Shown piece by piece: positions 38,370-41,025 of a DNA stretch of 41,025 bases (position 1 is its first letter; each line of letters begins with the position of its first letter). Below the pieces are notes generated by a model. The model searched no databases, was not told the origin of the DNA, and saw nothing but the letters and a program-made list of their open reading frames with translations. Location: the sequence record DRR378314_916. One strand, written 5' to 3'. The position numbers and the translations under genes are program-made.

Positions 38370-40355
38370 ATGGCTGAAGGTACGTCTGTTTTAGGCAAAA
38401 TGATCAATGCCCACGCCGAGATATTGACGGTAGATACACTGTTCCACGAAGCCTATTACGAAATCCCTAGCTACCAGCGAGAATTCAGTTGGAAAACGGA
38501 GCACGTCAAAGCACTGATCGATGACCTGATTGAAGCCTACAATTCGCGGGACATTCACAGCGATTGTGAACTTCCTCAGTACTTCCTAGGAGCCATTGTC
38601 TCGCAGGCCAGACAAACCAATGATCTCGGAGAGGCTGATCGCGCAAGCAAGGTAGTCGATGGACAACAACGTTTGACCTGCCTGATGCTGGTGATAGCCG
38701 TCCTATGCAAACTGCTCAGCCAAGATAAAAAGGAACTCGCACCTGAAGTTAGTGAGAATTCGCAATCCGAATTGGTAGGATCTCTCCTCACTCTCATCTT
38801 CAGATCAGACGATGACCACTTCATACTTAACTCGACAGGGTATAACTACTACCTCCGTCAGTTGATGGGAGGAACAGACGGCTTACCAGGGCTGTTACTC
38901 GGCCAACCTCCATTTAAGACAACTGCGATACAAAAGTTTTGTGTCGCGTTTCAGCTTCTTGAGAAAGAGCTACTCGAAGAAATTGCGCGTGTTGAGCCAG
39001 GTGAAGAAGATCCTGACCTCGACAGGACATCTCTTCAGGAATTCGCTAATTGGTTTCGCTCGCACGTATTCGTCGCATTGATTGCAGATACCGACCCTTA
39101 TGATGACCAAAGACTATTTGACAGAATGAACACCCGCGGCATGCCGTTGTCGGAGGCCGAAAAGTTCAAATCTCAAGTCATCGCAGCAAGGAAGAATAAA
39201 AACCCTGGCACAGACCCCGGCAACAAATGGCAAAAAGCCAAAGACAAGGCATTGTCCGCTCTCAACGTGGCCGGACAATCAGGAAGCTTGGCAGTTCGAG
39301 ACCCCAATGAGGCTGAGCGTCGACTTCTGTCCGGCTGGGTAATTGCCAAACACGTGTCACTAGACGATCTTTCGTCAACCCACAGGCGGACAGTGAAATC
39401 GATCTCTTTGGACCCTTACGACTATTGCCTTGAGCACGTCGGATCGGAAGGAAACGACCCACTCGGCTCGGGACTATTCGAGACGCTTAAGGGCCAGTAT
39501 TTCAGCCATGTCAGTAAGCTGAAGAAAGCTTATCAGCCGATGTACAGCTTCTTACCTGAATTTGCAGGCTATCAACACGCTCAAATAGTTAAGTTACCTT
39601 ATTTGGACGCACTAATAGCAGCGTGCTTCGTTCGAATACCCCAAAGAGAATCCAAACAAAGGCTAATACTCACATCGCACTTCATTGACCTTCTTTCTAT
39701 CCAGAGAGCATGGAACCGGCATTGGGCAACGAAGGACCAAATTGAAATTACCATTCTTCAGGCCATCAAGCTGCTTAGAACTGAGCGAGTGTCTAATCTG
39801 AACTCCGCATTTTTGAAGATTTTGAAAGACGCCCCAATACTGAACTCTGACAATGCGCCCGCTCTCATTTCAAGCAATAAGCGATGGATCCGGTATTTTC
39901 TGGGACGGATCGCTTACGAGTTGGAAATGAAGAATGGTAAGAAGCCGAATAAAAATCTGATTGACGGAAAAGGCCCAGTCGCCCCGGAGATAGAACACAT
40001 CTTCTCACGTCGCTTTCAAGACAATGGCGACGGCTTCCATTTTGATCGACAGGAAATCGAAACTTGGCGGCAGCGGCTTGGCGCACTCACAATCTTGAGT
40101 AGAGCGGAAAATCGTCTGGCTAGCAACAAAACCTGGGATCAACGAAAGCCGATTTACGCAAATTCCAATCTGTTGAGTAGAACTTTGGTGGAAGATTCAT
40201 ATGACAATAGCCTTCGGCTTCGTACAAAGTCCGTGGAACTGAAAAATTACAGCTTTCAACCGTGGGGCCGAATTTCGAAGAACGAAATCAAGAAGCGCGA
40301 ACTGGCCTATACCCAACTGGCATCAAGTATTTGGTCTCTGGACAGGCTGAGATAG
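38370..40355 (+). CDS. DUF262-DUF1524 (GmrSD-family) putative modification-dependent restriction protein
   Basis: IPSYQR, VVDGQQRLT, FDRMNTRG (DUF262); EIEHIF...LGALTILSRAEN (HNH-like DUF1524); GC visibly lower than the flanks. Confidence 0.85.
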   Translation: MAEGTSVLGKMINAHAEILTVDTLFHEAYYEIPSYQREFSWKTEHVKALIDDLIEAYNSRDIHSDCELPQYFLGAIVSQARQTNDLGEADRASKVVDGQQRLTCLMLVIAVLCKLLSQDKKELAPEVSENSQSELVGSLLTLIFRSDDDHFILNSTGYNYYLRQLMGGTDGLPGLLLGQPPFKTTAIQKFCVAFQLLEKELLEEIARVEPGEEDPDLDRTSLQEFANWFRSHVFVALIADTDPYDDQRLFDRMNTRGMPLSEAEKFKSQVIAARKNKNPGTDPGNKWQKAKDKALSALNVAGQSGSLAVRDPNEAERRLLSGWVIAKHVSLDDLSSTHRRTVKSISLDPYDYCLEHVGSEGNDPLGSGLFETLKGQYFSHVSKLKKAYQPMYSFLPEFAGYQHAQIVKLPYLDALIAACFVRIPQRESKQRLILTSHFIDLLSIQRAWNRHWATKDQIEITILQAIKLLRTERVSNLNSAFLKILKDAPILNSDNAPALISSNKRWIRYFLGRIAYELEMKNGKKPNKNLIDGKGPVAPEIEHIFSRRFQDNGDGFHFDRQEIETWRQRLGALTILSRAENRLASNKTWDQRKPIYANSNLLSRTLVEDSYDNSLRLRTKSVELKNYSFQPWGRISKNEIKKRELAYTQLASSIWSLDRLR

Positions 40356-40367
40356 ACGCACCAAGCC

Positions 40368-40382
40368 GCACAAAACAAGAAC
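40368..40382. promoter_or_regulatory. Alphaproteobacterial LexA (SOS) box-like site upstream of uvrB
   Basis: GCAC-AAAACAA-GAAC, one mismatch to GAAC-N7-GAAC. Confidence 0.5.
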
Positions 40383-40422
40383 ACCCTAGACACCTCCCCT
40401 CGCTCGCCCCATATCTGGCGGC

Positions 40423-41025
40423 ATGGCTCCTCCCCCTCCCCCGAAAGGCGTTTCTGAAGCGCCCAGCGTGTTTTCGCTTGATGGGTTCGCGCGCGATGCC
40501 GCGGGCGCCCTGCCGTCTGACAACTGGACCCCGCACCGGCCTGACCGGGACTGGGTCAAGCTGGAAGGCGGCAAGCGCTTCAAGGTGCATTCCGAATACG
40601 AACCCGCCGGCGACCAGCGCACCGCGATCCCCGAACTCGTCGAGGGCATCGGCGCGGGCGAGCGCGACCAGGTGCTGCTCGGCGCGACAGGCACGGGCAA
40701 GACCTTCACCATGGCCAAGATCATCGAGGCGACCCAGCGCCCGGCCCTGATCCTCGCGCCGAACAAGACGCTCGCCGCCCAGCTCTATGGCGAGTTCAAA
40801 TCCTTCTTCCCGGAAAACTCGGTCGAGTATTTCGTCTCTTATTACGACTACTACCAGCCCGAGGCCTATGTGCCGCGCTCTGACCTCTATATCGAGAAGG
40901 AATCCTCCATCAACGAGGCCATCGACCGGATGCGCCACTCCGCCACCCGCGCCATTCTTGAGCGCGACGACGTGATCATCGTGGCGTCCGTCTCGTGCAT
41001 CTACGGCATCGGCTCGGTCGAGACC
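40423..41025 (+). CDS. uvrB: Excinuclease ABC subunit B, 5' part (runs off the window)
   Basis: Own translation: [57 protein letters not shown]. Confidence 0.97.
   Translation, partial: MAPPPPPKGVSEAPSVFSLDGFARDAAGALPSDNWTPHRPDRDWVKLEGGKRFKVHSEYEPAGDQRTAIPELVEGIGAGERDQVLLGATGTGKTFTMAKIIEATQRPALILAPNKTLAAQLYGEFKSFFPENSVEYFVSYYDYYQPEAYVPRSDLYIEKESSINEAIDRMRHSATRAILERDDVIIVASVSCIYGIGSVET

Noticed and set aside
1-41025. CRISPR array, tRNA/rRNA, IS, integrase or prophage genes
   Set aside because: None recognised by eye; tRNAscan, Rfam and IS searches would be needed to exclude them formally

Overview
GC-rich alphaproteobacterial chromosome segment, most consistent with Caulobacterales/Hyphomonadaceae from gene content and regulatory motifs (inference). 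In order: 3' end of a PfpI/DJ-1 gene, an SDR epimerase, a TPR protein, a secreted alpha/beta hydrolase and an M17 aminopeptidase. Next is a Caulobacter-type Tad/Cpa pilus locus (tadD-like, tadC, tadB, cpaF, cpaE, cpaD, cpaC, cpaB, cpaA, pilA, then divergent cpaI-like and two tadE-like genes) and an MFS transporter. A truncated dcw cluster follows (mraZ-rsmH-ftsL-ftsI-murE-murF-mraY-murD-ftsW-murG, an antisense DUF3291 gene, murC), then oxyR divergent from ahpC-ahpD, a MarR-GNAT fusion and a tacA-like sigma-54 regulator. A short accessory-looking stretch precedes the 5' part of uvrB. Most of the window is ordinary housekeeping DNA, and I cannot support a large novel multi-gene system. The best unexplained signals are: (1) a highly structured, strand-specific RNA element with C-rich loops between ahpC and ahpD; (2) an unannotated orphan NepR-like anti-sigma ORF with no ATG/GTG/TTG start; (3) a PilZ-like gene split by one extra G in a G7 tract; (4) a solitary low-GC DUF262-DUF1524 (GmrSD/SspE-like) gene with altered nuclease motifs, flanked by an imperfect direct repeat. 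OxyR, MraZ, CtrA-like and LexA-like sites can be read from the sequence. All family calls come from motif recognition; no database searches were run.
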